From contig CAWBXO010000001.1 of assembly GCA_963792785.1 (NCBI GenBank), forward strand, positions 531,336 through 595,335: 64,000 nucleotides of DNA, read 5' to 3'. The notes under the pieces were generated by a model, which saw only the letters and a list, made by a program, of their open reading frames with translations, did not search any database and was not told where the DNA came from. Source of the DNA: an uncultured Acidobacteriota bacterium. GTDB taxonomy: Bacteria; Acidobacteriota; Vicinamibacteria; Vicinamibacterales; CAVVIG01. The translations under genes and the position numbers were made by a program. Below, piece after piece: positions 49,937 through 59,442 of this stretch (its first letter is position 1; every line of letters starts with the position of its first letter).

Positions 49937-51646
49937 TCAGGACGCGAACAGCGCGGCGAACGCCCCGCCGCGCGCGTGCAGATCCGAAGGGCGGCCCTGC
50001 TCGATGATGCTGCGCTCCGCCAGCACGACCACGCGATCGGCCGAGGACGCGAGCGCCAGGTGATGCGTAATCAGGATCGTCGTCCGGTCCCGCATGACCC
50101 GCGCGTAGCCGGCCAGCACCTGCTGCTCAGCGACCGGGTCCAGAGCCGCCGTCGGTTCGTCCAGCACCAGCACATCGGGGTTGAGCAGAAGCGCGCGCGC
50201 GACCGCCACTCGCTGCCGCTCTCCCGCCGACAGTGCCGCGCCGCGCTCGCCGACAATCGTGCGCAGGCCCTCCGGCAGCCGCGCAATCAGCTCGTCCACG
50301 CCGGCGCTGCTGGCCGCGTGCCGGACGTCCTCATCCGATGCGTCCGGTCGCGCATATCGAATATTCTCGGCGATGCTCACATGGAACAGCACAGGCTGCT
50401 GGTCCACCAGCACAACGTGGCGGCGCAGATCCTCGAGTGCCAGATCTCGAATGTCATGGCCGTCCAGGCGGATGCATCCCCCGTCGGGATCGATCAGTCT
50501 GACCAGGAGGTCGGCGATGGTCGACTTGCCGCTGCCGCTTGATCCGACCAGGGCCAGCGTCTCGCCAGGCAAGACGCGAAAGGAGACGTCCTCGAGAATC
50601 TGCCCTCGGCCCAGGTCCAGGCTCACGCCCTGGAACTCGATCGCTCCGTCAACGTGTTCCAGCCGGCGCGGTTCGACACGCTCGACGACGTCTGGAGGCA
50701 GGTCGAGAAGCTCGTGGACCCGGGCGAGCGACACCTGGACGGTGGCCAGACTCCCGTACAGCCCCATCAGGGCCTGGACGGGCTGGAAGAGCCTCATGTA
50801 GTACGCCATGAACGCCACGAACGTGCCGAGACTCATCGTCTCCGCGATGACGCGGTGTCCGCCATAGAGAAACGCCGCCGCGGTGCCGACCGCCAGGATC
50901 GTGCCTGGCGCGCCGCCAGACAGGTACGACCAGAGCTGCATCGACATCAGCGCCTCGACAAACGCATCGTTATAGCCGCGGAAGCGCTGACTTTCCCGCT
51001 CCTCCGCGTTCGACGTCACAACCAGTCGCATGCCCTGCAGGCTTTCGATGAGGAAACTGCCGGTGGCCGCGCTGGCCTCGCGAACCTTTCGAACGTGGGC
51101 AGCCAGCGTCGCACGGGTGCGCTCCAGCACCCAGACCGCGATCGGCACGACCGCGACGCCGATCAGCGCCAGGCGCAGGTCGAGCCAGCACATTGCGGCG
51201 AGGCTGCCGACGAGGAAGAAACAGTTGCCAACCCACGACAGGAGCGATTCCGCGGCCACGCGTTGGATCTCGCCGACGTCGTTATTGATCCGGGCGAGGA
51301 TGTCCCCAAGTGGCATGCGCGCGTAGAAACGCGGAGACAGGCGCTGCAGGTGTCGATACAGCGCCAGCCGCATGTCGAAGAGGACCTCGGCAGACACACG
51401 CGTATATCGCAGACCCGTCAAGGCGGTCAGCAGAAAGCCGGCGACGGAAGTGAGGGCGAAGAGGGTGACGATTCCGACGAGCCAGCGCTCGTCGTGACCG
51501 ACGAGCGCCCGATCGATGAGGAGCTTGGAGAAGTATGGAAGGGTCAGGGCCAGCGCCGTATTCAGCAGGCTCAGCCCGACGACGAGCGCGAGTCGCCGCC
51601 AATACGGAAGAACGTAGGCCAGCGCGCGCCGGAACTCCCTGGACAT
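49937..51646 (-). CDS. qhpF: ABC exporter (TM plus ATPase), QhpF-like
   Basis: GSSGSGKST, LSAGERQR, LDEPT; directly downstream of qhpC. Confidence 0.85.
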   Translation of the reverse strand: MSREFRRALAYVLPYWRRLALVVGLSLLNTALALTLPYFSKLLIDRALVGHDERWLVGIVTLFALTSVAGFLLTALTGLRYTRVSAEVLFDMRLALYRHLQRLSPRFYARMPLGDILARINNDVGEIQRVAAESLLSWVGNCFFLVGSLAAMCWLDLRLALIGVAVVPIAVWVLERTRATLAAHVRKVREASAATGSFLIESLQGMRLVVTSNAEERESQRFRGYNDAFVEALMSMQLWSYLSGGAPGTILAVGTAAAFLYGGHRVIAETMSLGTFVAFMAYYMRLFQPVQALMGLYGSLATVQVSLARVHELLDLPPDVVERVEPRRLEHVDGAIEFQGVSLDLGRGQILEDVSFRVLPGETLALVGSSGSGKSTIADLLVRLIDPDGGCIRLDGHDIRDLALEDLRRHVVLVDQQPVLFHVSIAENIRYARPDASDEDVRHAASSAGVDELIARLPEGLRTIVGERGAALSAGERQRVAVARALLLNPDVLVLDEPTAALDPVAEQQVLAGYARVMRDRTTILITHHLALASSADRVVVLAERSIIEQGRPSDLHARGGAFAALFAS

Positions 51647-51675
51647 GCAGACAGATCAGGCGCGCGACTGGCCCA

Positions 51676-52011
51676 TCACGGAAACACGAGGTCCAGCTTG
51701 CGCCAGTCCTTCTGCGCGGCCGCGCAGCTGCTCGTCCAGTTGGGAGCGTGATTGAGCTGGTCCGGCACCTGTGCGGGCCAGAAGCAACCAATGTGGCAGT
51801 CGAAGATGTCGCGCTCGACGGGCTGGCACAGGCCCGCGGTGCCGCCGCTTCGATCGGCTTCCCACCCTGGCGAGAACACCAGGGAACAGCCCAACGGGAT
51901 ATGCGGCGGTGCCGGCGCCTGCCCCTGCAAGGCCACCACGTCGCCATCGGGGCCGGCCACCTGCGTCTTGACCCTGTGCGCTTTCCGGTTAATCGCCTTC
52001 AGATGTGTCAC
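51676..52011 (-). CDS. qhpC: QHNDH gamma-subunit precursor (CTQ peptide)
   Basis: Leader HLKAINRKA...DVVAL; GC....PGWE, LCQPVERD, C...CFWPAQVPD, DWRKL.VFP. Confidence 0.93.
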   Translation of the reverse strand: MTHLKAINRKAHRVKTQVAGPDGDVVALQGQAPAPPHIPLGCSLVFSPGWEADRSGGTAGLCQPVERDIFDCHIGCFWPAQVPDQLNHAPNWTSSCAAAQKDWRKLDLVFP

Positions 52012-53456
52012 AGGACTGCCTCCGCCCTGGCTTCGTCTCGATCAAATCGAGCCAGGAAACTAGGATTTCGTTCTGACAGCTCACCATATACCTGCAGGCA
52101 CGTGTCGGTCCAGCCACGAATCCAATCGCAGTAATGCAGGTTCGGCCGTTCGGTCGAGCCGTACCGCACGTAGGCCTCATGGTAGCACCCGCCCGAGCAC
52201 AGGGGCCGGGCCCAGCAGACGCTGCAGTCGGTCTTGTCGGCAATCTGGTGCGTCTCGAGAAATGCGGCCTGGGTCTCGCGGTCAATCCCGTCGCGCACCG
52301 TGCCGAACTTGTGCGTATCCGAGCCGGCGAACCGGTGGCACAGGGCCACGTCCCCCTCGGTCGACACGCCGAGCAGTCCGAGTCCGGCTCCGCAGGGATA
52401 CGCCTTGCTGACCCCCTTGTGAATCTCTTCCAGGGTGTCCTTGATATTCGAGAACCCGTGATGCTGGTTGCGGACCGCCGCCTCCTGGAAGTCACGCGCG
52501 AGGGCGCGAAACTGTTCCAGCATCCGATCGAATCCTCGCTCGCCAATGGCGTACTGCAGCGTTGGGGACGTCGTCACCGGGGCAAACCCGACTTCCCAGA
52601 ATCCGATTTCATCGGTGAGATGCTGGTAGATGCGCGAGACGTCGAGGGTGTCCGACGTGAGGGTGACCCGAGCGCCGATGGGCCGGCTCCGATGGCGACG
52701 AAGCAACTCCTTGATCTTGGGCAGCACGACATCGTAGCTGCCCTCGCCGTTGTGGAAGACGCGGAACTTGTCCTGCATCTCGCGCGGGCCGTCGATCGAA
52801 ATCGTGACGCCCACCTCGTTCTCGGCGAGGAATTCGATGATCTCCGGACGAAGGAGCGTCGCGTTGGTGGTCAGGCTGAAATCGATTAGCTTGCCGCACT
52901 CGGCCGCACGCCGGCGCCCGTACGCGATGGTCTTCTCGAGCACGGGAAAGTTCAGCAGCGTCTCACCGCCGAAGAACGTCAGGTGCGCGATCTGACCGCT
53001 TTCCCTCAACAGGAATTCAACACTTTCACGCGCCGTCTCCTCGCTCATGAACTTGGCCTGCTTGCCGTGCGCCGTGTCCACGATCTTGTCTTCGCCGTAC
53101 TCATAGCAGTACGTGCACGCGAGGTTGCACTGATTGGTGACGTTCAAGACCATCGTGCTCAGCGGGAACGACGTCACCGGCAGCATACGCGGCGCCACGG
53201 GCTCCGGTTGGTGCTCATAGCCTACAGCGCGAACATCGAGCAGATCGGCCAGCGCCCCCTTGATCACCTCGGGCGGGAACCGGTCCGCGAGGGCGGCCAC
53301 CAACTCGGTCTCGGATCGCGGGGCTTCGACGACCGCCTCCAGCGTCGCCGCCGAGGGATCATCCAGCGCGAAAATCGCCGCGCTCGGCACCAGGTAGACG
53401 AAGCTCCGGCCCCCAGCCTGAAAGTGATGGAACTCCCTCGGCACCAGCGCGATCAT
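52008..53456 (-). CDS. qhpD: Radical SAM/SPASM thioether-forming maturase
   Basis: N-terminal PqqD/RRE-like domain; CNLACTYC; FFGGETLL; SPASM CGAG...C...CSVCWARPLCSGGC. Confidence 0.93.
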   Translation of the reverse strand: MIALVPREFHHFQAGGRSFVYLVPSAAIFALDDPSAATLEAVVEAPRSETELVAALADRFPPEVIKGALADLLDVRAVGYEHQPEPVAPRMLPVTSFPLSTMVLNVTNQCNLACTYCYEYGEDKIVDTAHGKQAKFMSEETARESVEFLLRESGQIAHLTFFGGETLLNFPVLEKTIAYGRRRAAECGKLIDFSLTTNATLLRPEIIEFLAENEVGVTISIDGPREMQDKFRVFHNGEGSYDVVLPKIKELLRRHRSRPIGARVTLTSDTLDVSRIYQHLTDEIGFWEVGFAPVTTSPTLQYAIGERGFDRMLEQFRALARDFQEAAVRNQHHGFSNIKDTLEEIHKGVSKAYPCGAGLGLLGVSTEGDVALCHRFAGSDTHKFGTVRDGIDRETQAAFLETHQIADKTDCSVCWARPLCSGGCYHEAYVRYGSTERPNLHYCDWIRGWTDTCLQVYGELSERNPSFLARFDRDEARAEAVL

Positions 53457-55264
53457 CGGCCCGTCTCCTCGGGGAGCCACCGGATGTACAGAGGCGGACT
53501 CACCAACAGATGAGCACGGGCTTTGAGCGGCGGCGCGGCCGGCGTCCCCCCGCCCGGGTTCTGAAGATACGTCGCCACCGCCCACACATCGCCGATATTG
53601 TCGGTCCCATTTCGACGCTTCGGGTTCGGTCCCTCGATGTTCGGCGTGAACAGGCCTGTGACTTCATCGATGGCACCGACGAAGTCCTTGTCGTCGTCGT
53701 GGTACGTCGCGGTGTACTCTTCGATGCTCCATGTCACGTCGACAGGGCCGAGCTCGATGTCGTCGGCCGTACCAGGCTGCTTGTCGGGCCCGTTCGCATA
53801 CGCGTGCGCCTCGAACTGCTGGAACTGCTTCGGGACGGTGACGCCGCCCACGCGAGCGAGGCCGGACTCCGGTAGCACTTTGATGAAATCGACCGTCGAG
53901 TACACCGCGATGGTGGCCTCGCCGGTCGCGCCCGCCAACAGAACCGTGCGGCGACCTGGTGCGGCATCCGTAGCCACCGAAATCGACACGACCACCTGAT
54001 CAGCCGTCGTGCTCGTCACCCTATCGACGGTCACGCCTGGACCGAGGCTCAGATCGGCCGGAGCCACGCTCGCGGGCAAGTTGGCACCGAACAGGTGCAG
54101 TTCCTGGCCGGAACTGCCAGCCTGGACCATCGGCTGGGCCACGCCAAGCACGACGGGATCGGACCCGAGGCGTTGAAGGTCGACGTCCACACCGAACTCG
54201 TCCTGCGCGCCCGCGAACCATCGGCCGCTCGCATGCCGCCAATCCTTGTCGATGAACAGCACCTCTCGCCAGTCGCTCGGAGCGTCGGACGCCGGCGTCG
54301 ACAGCTGCGTCGCCGGTGTTGCTCCGGGGTCGGAAGACCGCCCTCGCCACTGGAACCCGGTGTACACAATCGCGCGCCCCTGCCGCGTGACCGCCCGGCC
54401 GGTCCGCGCATAGGTGAGAGTCGTCTCGGTGGTGAACTCGGCGCTGGCGGCGTCACCGGACGGCCGGATGGTCACCACACCGAACACAGGCCCCTTGCCC
54501 GCCTGATCGCCCTTGAACGCCCATCGACCTTCGAGTCGAGGCGGGCGCATCGTGGCGGACCAGGCGTCCCAGGCCGGCGTCCTCAGCGGAAAGGCCTTGG
54601 ACAGTTCGTCGATCGCCTTGTCCATCGGCTGTCGAGTGTCCCGGGGCGCCGCGTCGTCACCCTGCCCGCCGGAACCCCTCCCCCCGCCCAGGAACACCTG
54701 CGAATCCGCCAAGGGGTAGTAACCCCGGTGCATCGCGACCAGGAGGCCCCATTCGTCCTTCGTTCGGCGCTGCGAAATGACCCGGCCCATCGAATGACAG
54801 GCACTGCACGTCTGCTCGGTGGCCTTGTCGCTGTAGTGGTATTCAATCATCCGGTGCTCGACTTCGAAGTCCGCCGGCTTCGCCTCCTCGGGCGCCAAGC
54901 CTTGATGATCTGCCAGATACCGCACGACAGCCCGCGCCTCCTCTGGCTCGATGTTCAGCCCGTTCAGGCTGATCATGCGCTTCACCGTCTCTTCCCAGCC
55001 CTCAGGCGTCATCCGGACCGTGGAGATTCGACTCAGTCGCCCCTGATCGTCAGGTCGATGGCAGGTGCCGCATTTCCGCGTGACGGTACTGTCCGCGATT
55101 GGAAACCCCTCATCTTCGGGCTTCGTGTCCGCTTTCACAGCGGCCTGCCCCCCCGCGGCGGATCCGCGCTGGGCCGACGCCGGGGCCGACGCGAGCAAGA
55201 TAGCGAGGCCGAGCGCCCATCCCAGGCGCTCCACGTGTTGCAGGCGATGGTGTCTCAGGAGCAC
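53453..55264 (-). CDS. qhpA: QHNDH alpha subunit (diheme c)
   Basis: Signal peptide; CGTCH and CSACH; RMTPEGWE, GFQWRG, LARVGG, GPNPKR; start uncertain. Confidence 0.92.
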   Translation of the reverse strand: MLLRHHRLQHVERLGWALGLAILLASAPASAQRGSAAGGQAAVKADTKPEDEGFPIADSTVTRKCGTCHRPDDQGRLSRISTVRMTPEGWEETVKRMISLNGLNIEPEEARAVVRYLADHQGLAPEEAKPADFEVEHRMIEYHYSDKATEQTCSACHSMGRVISQRRTKDEWGLLVAMHRGYYPLADSQVFLGGGRGSGGQGDDAAPRDTRQPMDKAIDELSKAFPLRTPAWDAWSATMRPPRLEGRWAFKGDQAGKGPVFGVVTIRPSGDAASAEFTTETTLTYARTGRAVTRQGRAIVYTGFQWRGRSSDPGATPATQLSTPASDAPSDWREVLFIDKDWRHASGRWFAGAQDEFGVDVDLQRLGSDPVVLGVAQPMVQAGSSGQELHLFGANLPASVAPADLSLGPGVTVDRVTSTTADQVVVSISVATDAAPGRRTVLLAGATGEATIAVYSTVDFIKVLPESGLARVGGVTVPKQFQQFEAHAYANGPDKQPGTADDIELGPVDVTWSIEEYTATYHDDDKDFVGAIDEVTGLFTPNIEGPNPKRRNGTDNIGDVWAVATYLQNPGGGTPAAPPLKARAHLLVSPPLYIRWLPEETGR

Positions 55265-55286
55265 GGTCAGATCCTATTCGCGATTA

Positions 55287-56441
55287 CTAACGCGGGGCGC
55301 CGGCCCCGCGCGCAGCTCGAGCGGGCACGACATGAAACGAGCTGTAGGGCATATCCGTGTCCATGGTGATCGTGCGGAGATACTTGAAATCCGAAGTGTC
55401 GTACAGATCGATCGTGCGGCCCGCCTCGTAGATGTAGAGCACCTGGCCGCTGGTGCTGACCTGGATGGCCATCCGAGGCCGGCCGTCGAAGGAAATTTTC
55501 TTCTCCACTTTCCCACCGTCGATATCCACCAGCCACATCTGATAGTCGTCGATCGCCTGCGCGAGGATGTAGCCTCGCTTGTGGTCTGGCGACACCGCGA
55601 AGCTCAGGCGAAGATCGTCTGGCGCCGGGCCAATCGGCACAAAGTCGACCGAACGCTTCGTGAGGTCAATTCGTCCCACGCCCACGATTCGCCTGTTCGC
55701 AACGGGATCCTGGACCGTGAACAGGGCCGTGAAGTAGGCCGGATCCTCGTACGCATCCTCCTGCGACCCGAGACTCCCCGAGCCCATGCCTGGCTCGATC
55801 GGGAGAGACATGTCCCAGTGATCGACCTGCGTCAGCGTCGAGGCGTCGAGAATGAGGATGTCCCGGCCGAACACGTACAGCAGTTTGCCATCCGGCGAGA
55901 ACCGCAGGTTGAATCTGGTGGTGCCCGGTCCGTCCGGCGGGGGAACCGTCTTGACGACCTGATGCGTCGTCAGATCGTACAGCACGAGTTGTGTCGGCTC
56001 GATTTCAAAGCGATCGATCAGCTTCTTAACCGGCTGAATCCCCACCGCCATGAAATGCTGTTGGGGGTCGACTGCGTACCCTCGAACGCGAACCTTCGCG
56101 CCCGGCTCGCTGAGCGCGAAGGTGTCGACGCTCTGTTTCTTTTCAACGTCGACCACCTCGAAGTGCTCCATGTCCCAATTGAGCGCGTACAGCCGGGTCG
56201 CGTCGCTCGACACCTGGACCTGATAGGGAACGCCTGTCGTCAGGTGAATCGACGCGACCTTCTCCGTCGCTTCGTCGATGGCCAGAATGTCGCCGGTGTA
56301 CGCGCCGACATACAATGTCCCGTCGCCGAGGACGACCTTCGGCGGCGCTCCGGCACCCGTAACCATCCAGGCGACCAGCAAGAGGCCACTAGCGCGGACA
56401 GTCTTCATGAGCCACGTCGCACGACGCGTCGCTACATCCAC
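55287..56441 (-). CDS. qhpB: QHNDH beta subunit-like beta-propeller
   Basis: Signal peptide; YVTN-like blades (FSPDGKLLYV, VSPDHKRGY, STSGQVLYI); first gene of operon; start GTG 56441 or ATG 56408. Confidence 0.75.
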   Translation of the reverse strand: MDVATRRATWLMKTVRASGLLLVAWMVTGAGAPPKVVLGDGTLYVGAYTGDILAIDEATEKVASIHLTTGVPYQVQVSSDATRLYALNWDMEHFEVVDVEKKQSVDTFALSEPGAKVRVRGYAVDPQQHFMAVGIQPVKKLIDRFEIEPTQLVLYDLTTHQVVKTVPPPDGPGTTRFNLRFSPDGKLLYVFGRDILILDASTLTQVDHWDMSLPIEPGMGSGSLGSQEDAYEDPAYFTALFTVQDPVANRRIVGVGRIDLTKRSVDFVPIGPAPDDLRLSFAVSPDHKRGYILAQAIDDYQMWLVDIDGGKVEKKISFDGRPRMAIQVSTSGQVLYIYEAGRTIDLYDTSDFKYLRTITMDTDMPYSSFHVVPARAARGAGAPR

Positions 56442-56487
56442 CGCTTCCCCTCTTTCGTTCAGGCTCAGGGCGCCCATGTAATCTCGT

Positions 56488-56533
56488 CTACCTTAGACGA
56501 CTGCGCATCCCTTCGAAGTTGCAAATTGTGGCA
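56488..56533 (-). promoter_or_regulatory. Regulator box plus -10 of qhp operon
   Basis: TGCCAC-AATT-TGCAAC-N21-CTAAGGTAG. Confidence 0.7.
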
Positions 56534-56634
56534 TATCGCCGCGGCCCTCTTCTTGTTGGCCTACCATCAGGCGGGACGTCATTTTCCGCTTCCGCGCGCT
56601 CGAGAGAGACTGACCTGGGACATACTGACACACT

Positions 56635-57661
56635 GTGGAGACCACGACACGCAACGGTCTGCGTACACCCCGTCCCTCGGACATCGACACGCCGACATCC
56701 CTGTCGGTTCGGCTCTGGACGGTCGTCGTGGCGGCAGCGTTGGGGCTTGGCGCCGGCTGCACCACGCCCCAGCCGACACCGCCGACGACCCTGACCATTG
56801 GGACCGGGTGGGAAGACGGGGTGTGGGGTATCGTGGGCCAGGCGCTCGCGGATCAGGTACCGCCGCCATCTTCCAAACACCGCCGTCTCCAGCCGGCCCC
56901 TCTCGGACCTCGAGTTCAAAGTCGACGCCCTGGAGCGCGGCGACCTGGATTTGGCGTTGGTCGATTCCGAAACGGCTTATCGGGCGTACGAGACGGGCAC
57001 GGACGCCAACCCGTCGCCGCACACGAAGCTCCGCGCCATTTCGGTGCTCTTCCCCACGGTCGTGCAGATTGTCGTCCGGCGCGACGCCGAGATCACCTCG
57101 ATCGCGCAACTCCGCGGAAAGCATCTGGACGTCGGGCCCAAAGGCGGCTACGCCGACGAGGCCGCCCGACTCATTCTCGACAGCTACGGGCTGAGTTACT
57201 CCAGCGTCCATGTTTCGTTCGATGCGACGCCTCGCCCCGAGCAAGCGCTCCGCGACCACGAACTCGACGCGGTCGCGTTCTGGATGCCCCTGCACCATCC
57301 ATCGATCACTCGCGTCGTGAACGCGCTCCCGACCGATGTGCTCCCTCTGGATCGGGAGCACATCGGCATCCTTCAAAGCCACAGTCATTTCTTGAAGTCC
57401 ACGATCATTCAGGCCGGCACGTACCCCAATCAGACAAGCGACGTGCTGACCGTCGGTGAGGATGTGTTGCTCCTTTGCCGGCAGGGCCTGCCGGAAGCCC
57501 TCGTTCGCACGCTGACCCAGATCCTCTTCGACGCGGCGCCAGAACTGCAGCGCGCGCACCCGGCGGCCGCGAGCCTCGACGTGAGCAGCGGGCCCACGGC
57601 CTCCATCCCTCTGCATCCTGGCGCAGCTCGCTATTACCGCGAGCGGGAGCTGTTGAAGTGA
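56635..57661 (+). CDS. TAXI-family solute-binding lipoprotein, apparent +1 frameshift near 56857
   Basis: Lipobox LGAGC; LTIGTG..DGVW; KLRAI..LFP..VQIVVR; I.AGTYPNQ; IPLHPGAARYYRE. Confidence 0.82.
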
Positions 57662-57698
57662 CCTCGGCTCCCCGCCCCGGCGCCGACTTCCGCGTGCA

Positions 57699-59396
57699 AT
57701 GAAGCGGCTTCTTTTCCGCTGGACGAAGGGTGGGCCGGCGCTGATCCTGGCCAGCGGCACGGCGTTGGTGACGCTGTTCACGTTCGGCCTGGGATTCTGG
57801 GCGACACGACAGTGGAGGGACAGTACCGCCCAGGCCGCACAGACCCGCGGCGAAGAGGCCGTCGCCCTCCTCGCAGAGGCTCTGCAGCGGGACATGAAGG
57901 GCGGACAGACATCGGTGCTCCTGCCGATCAACCGTCCCCTTCTCGAGGAGGCTACGCTGTATGATCTGGCCGACGAGTTCGCGAGGGGCTTCGCCAGGTT
58001 CCCCTACCTCGAGTCGTTCTTTGTCTGGAGACGCTCGGAGGACTCCGCTTCCACTTACTTCTTCAGCCGCGCTGATCGGATGCCACCCTGGGACAGCGGG
58101 GAGACGATTGGCGACCCGTACCCTGTCGTCATTCGGCGGAATCCTGCGCCCATGCTGCCGGTCCTGACGCAAGTACATCAGGAAACGGCGCACTACACTC
58201 CTTTCGCCGCATCCAGCTTTTCTTCCTCTGGCTCCAGCTACCAGGTGTTCGTCCAACGCTTCTATGACGGGCGTCCGCCAGACAGCCAGATGACCGCGCT
58301 CATCGGCTTTACCGTGAACCTCGCTTGGGTCCGACAACACTATTTCGGCGACTTCATCGAGCAGATGCACGGGATCATCGGCGACCGCACGATTGGGATT
58401 CGTATCGTTGATCAGGATGGCTCGATCATCGCGGCCTCCGGCCCCCCGATCACTGTCGCCCCCATCCATACCCGCCGCTTTCCGCTCGCCTTCATCGATC
58501 GCGCCCTCATTCCAGGCCCAGACGCGCCTGCGGTGCCACAATGGGCCGTGCAGGTGGACGTCACGAACCAGGTGGCGCTGTCCGCCGCTGGCATCGGCAC
58601 GTTCTGGACGCTGACCCTGCTGGGTATCGCCGCCCTCATGACCTTCTCCGGCCTCGCCCTCACCGTGCGGTCGACGAACGCTGCCGCCGACCTCGCAGCC
58701 TCGCACGCCGAGTTCGTCTCGACAGTGACCCATGAGATGAAGACCCCGCTCTCTCTCATTCGTCTTGCCAGCAAGACGCTGGCGACGGGACGCTACGAGT
58801 CCGCGGAGGCAACCATCGCAGATTATGGCCGACTCCTGACCACCGAAGCCGGTCGACTGACGCGACTCATCGACAACGTGCTGTGCTTTGCCAGATTCAC
58901 CAACGCGGCCTCCCCGTACCACTTCGAGCGCGTGGACGTCTCGGAACTCATCCAGGAGTGCGTCGGTCGCTTCAAGCCTGAGCTCGATCTCGCCGGCTTC
59001 GAAATCACGACGAATCTGCCGGTGGAGAGCCTCGAGATTCGCGCCGACCGGGTGCTCATGCTCCAGGTCTTTGACAACCTTATTGACAACGCGGCCACAC
59101 ACGCCGCGCCGGGCCGCGTGCTGACTCTCACGGTCACACACCGAGACGCAGCCATCCACATCACCTTTTGTGACGCCGGCCCGGGGATTGCGCCAACAGA
59201 CCTGCCCCATGTCTTTGACAAGTTCTACCGCGGGGGCAATGCGCGGCACCGTGGCAGCGGCCTTGGCCTGGCGATCGTGCTGCGCATCGTGACGGATCAC
59301 GGCGGGCGTGTCACCGTCCAGAGCGTGGAAGGCCGAGGCGCGACGTTCGAAGTAGTGCTGCCGGAGTGGAACGACACGTTACTGGATGATGCCTGA
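57699..59396 (+). CDS. Membrane sensor histidine kinase
   Basis: Two TMs around ~270-aa periplasmic domain; VTHEMKTPL H-box; NLIDNA, DAGPGI, FDKFYRG, GSGLGL. Confidence 0.95.
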   Translation: MKRLLFRWTKGGPALILASGTALVTLFTFGLGFWATRQWRDSTAQAAQTRGEEAVALLAEALQRDMKGGQTSVLLPINRPLLEEATLYDLADEFARGFARFPYLESFFVWRRSEDSASTYFFSRADRMPPWDSGETIGDPYPVVIRRNPAPMLPVLTQVHQETAHYTPFAASSFSSSGSSYQVFVQRFYDGRPPDSQMTALIGFTVNLAWVRQHYFGDFIEQMHGIIGDRTIGIRIVDQDGSIIAASGPPITVAPIHTRRFPLAFIDRALIPGPDAPAVPQWAVQVDVTNQVALSAAGIGTFWTLTLLGIAALMTFSGLALTVRSTNAAADLAASHAEFVSTVTHEMKTPLSLIRLASKTLATGRYESAEATIADYGRLLTTEAGRLTRLIDNVLCFARFTNAASPYHFERVDVSELIQECVGRFKPELDLAGFEITTNLPVESLEIRADRVLMLQVFDNLIDNAATHAAPGRVLTLTVTHRDAAIHITFCDAGPGIAPTDLPHVFDKFYRGGNARHRGSGLGLAIVLRIVTDHGGRVTVQSVEGRGATFEVVLPEWNDTLLDDA

Positions 59397-59442
59397 CCGA
59401 CCCGCGTGCGCCGCGATCCGAGTCAGGACGGAGGAATCGACC

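Noticed and set aside
51676-53456. Novel RiPP/sactipeptide antibiotic cluster (Cys-rich peptide, SPASM rSAM, protease, exporter)
   Set aside because: Peptide motifs and the adjacent diheme alpha subunit identify it as QHNDH gamma-subunit biogenesis.
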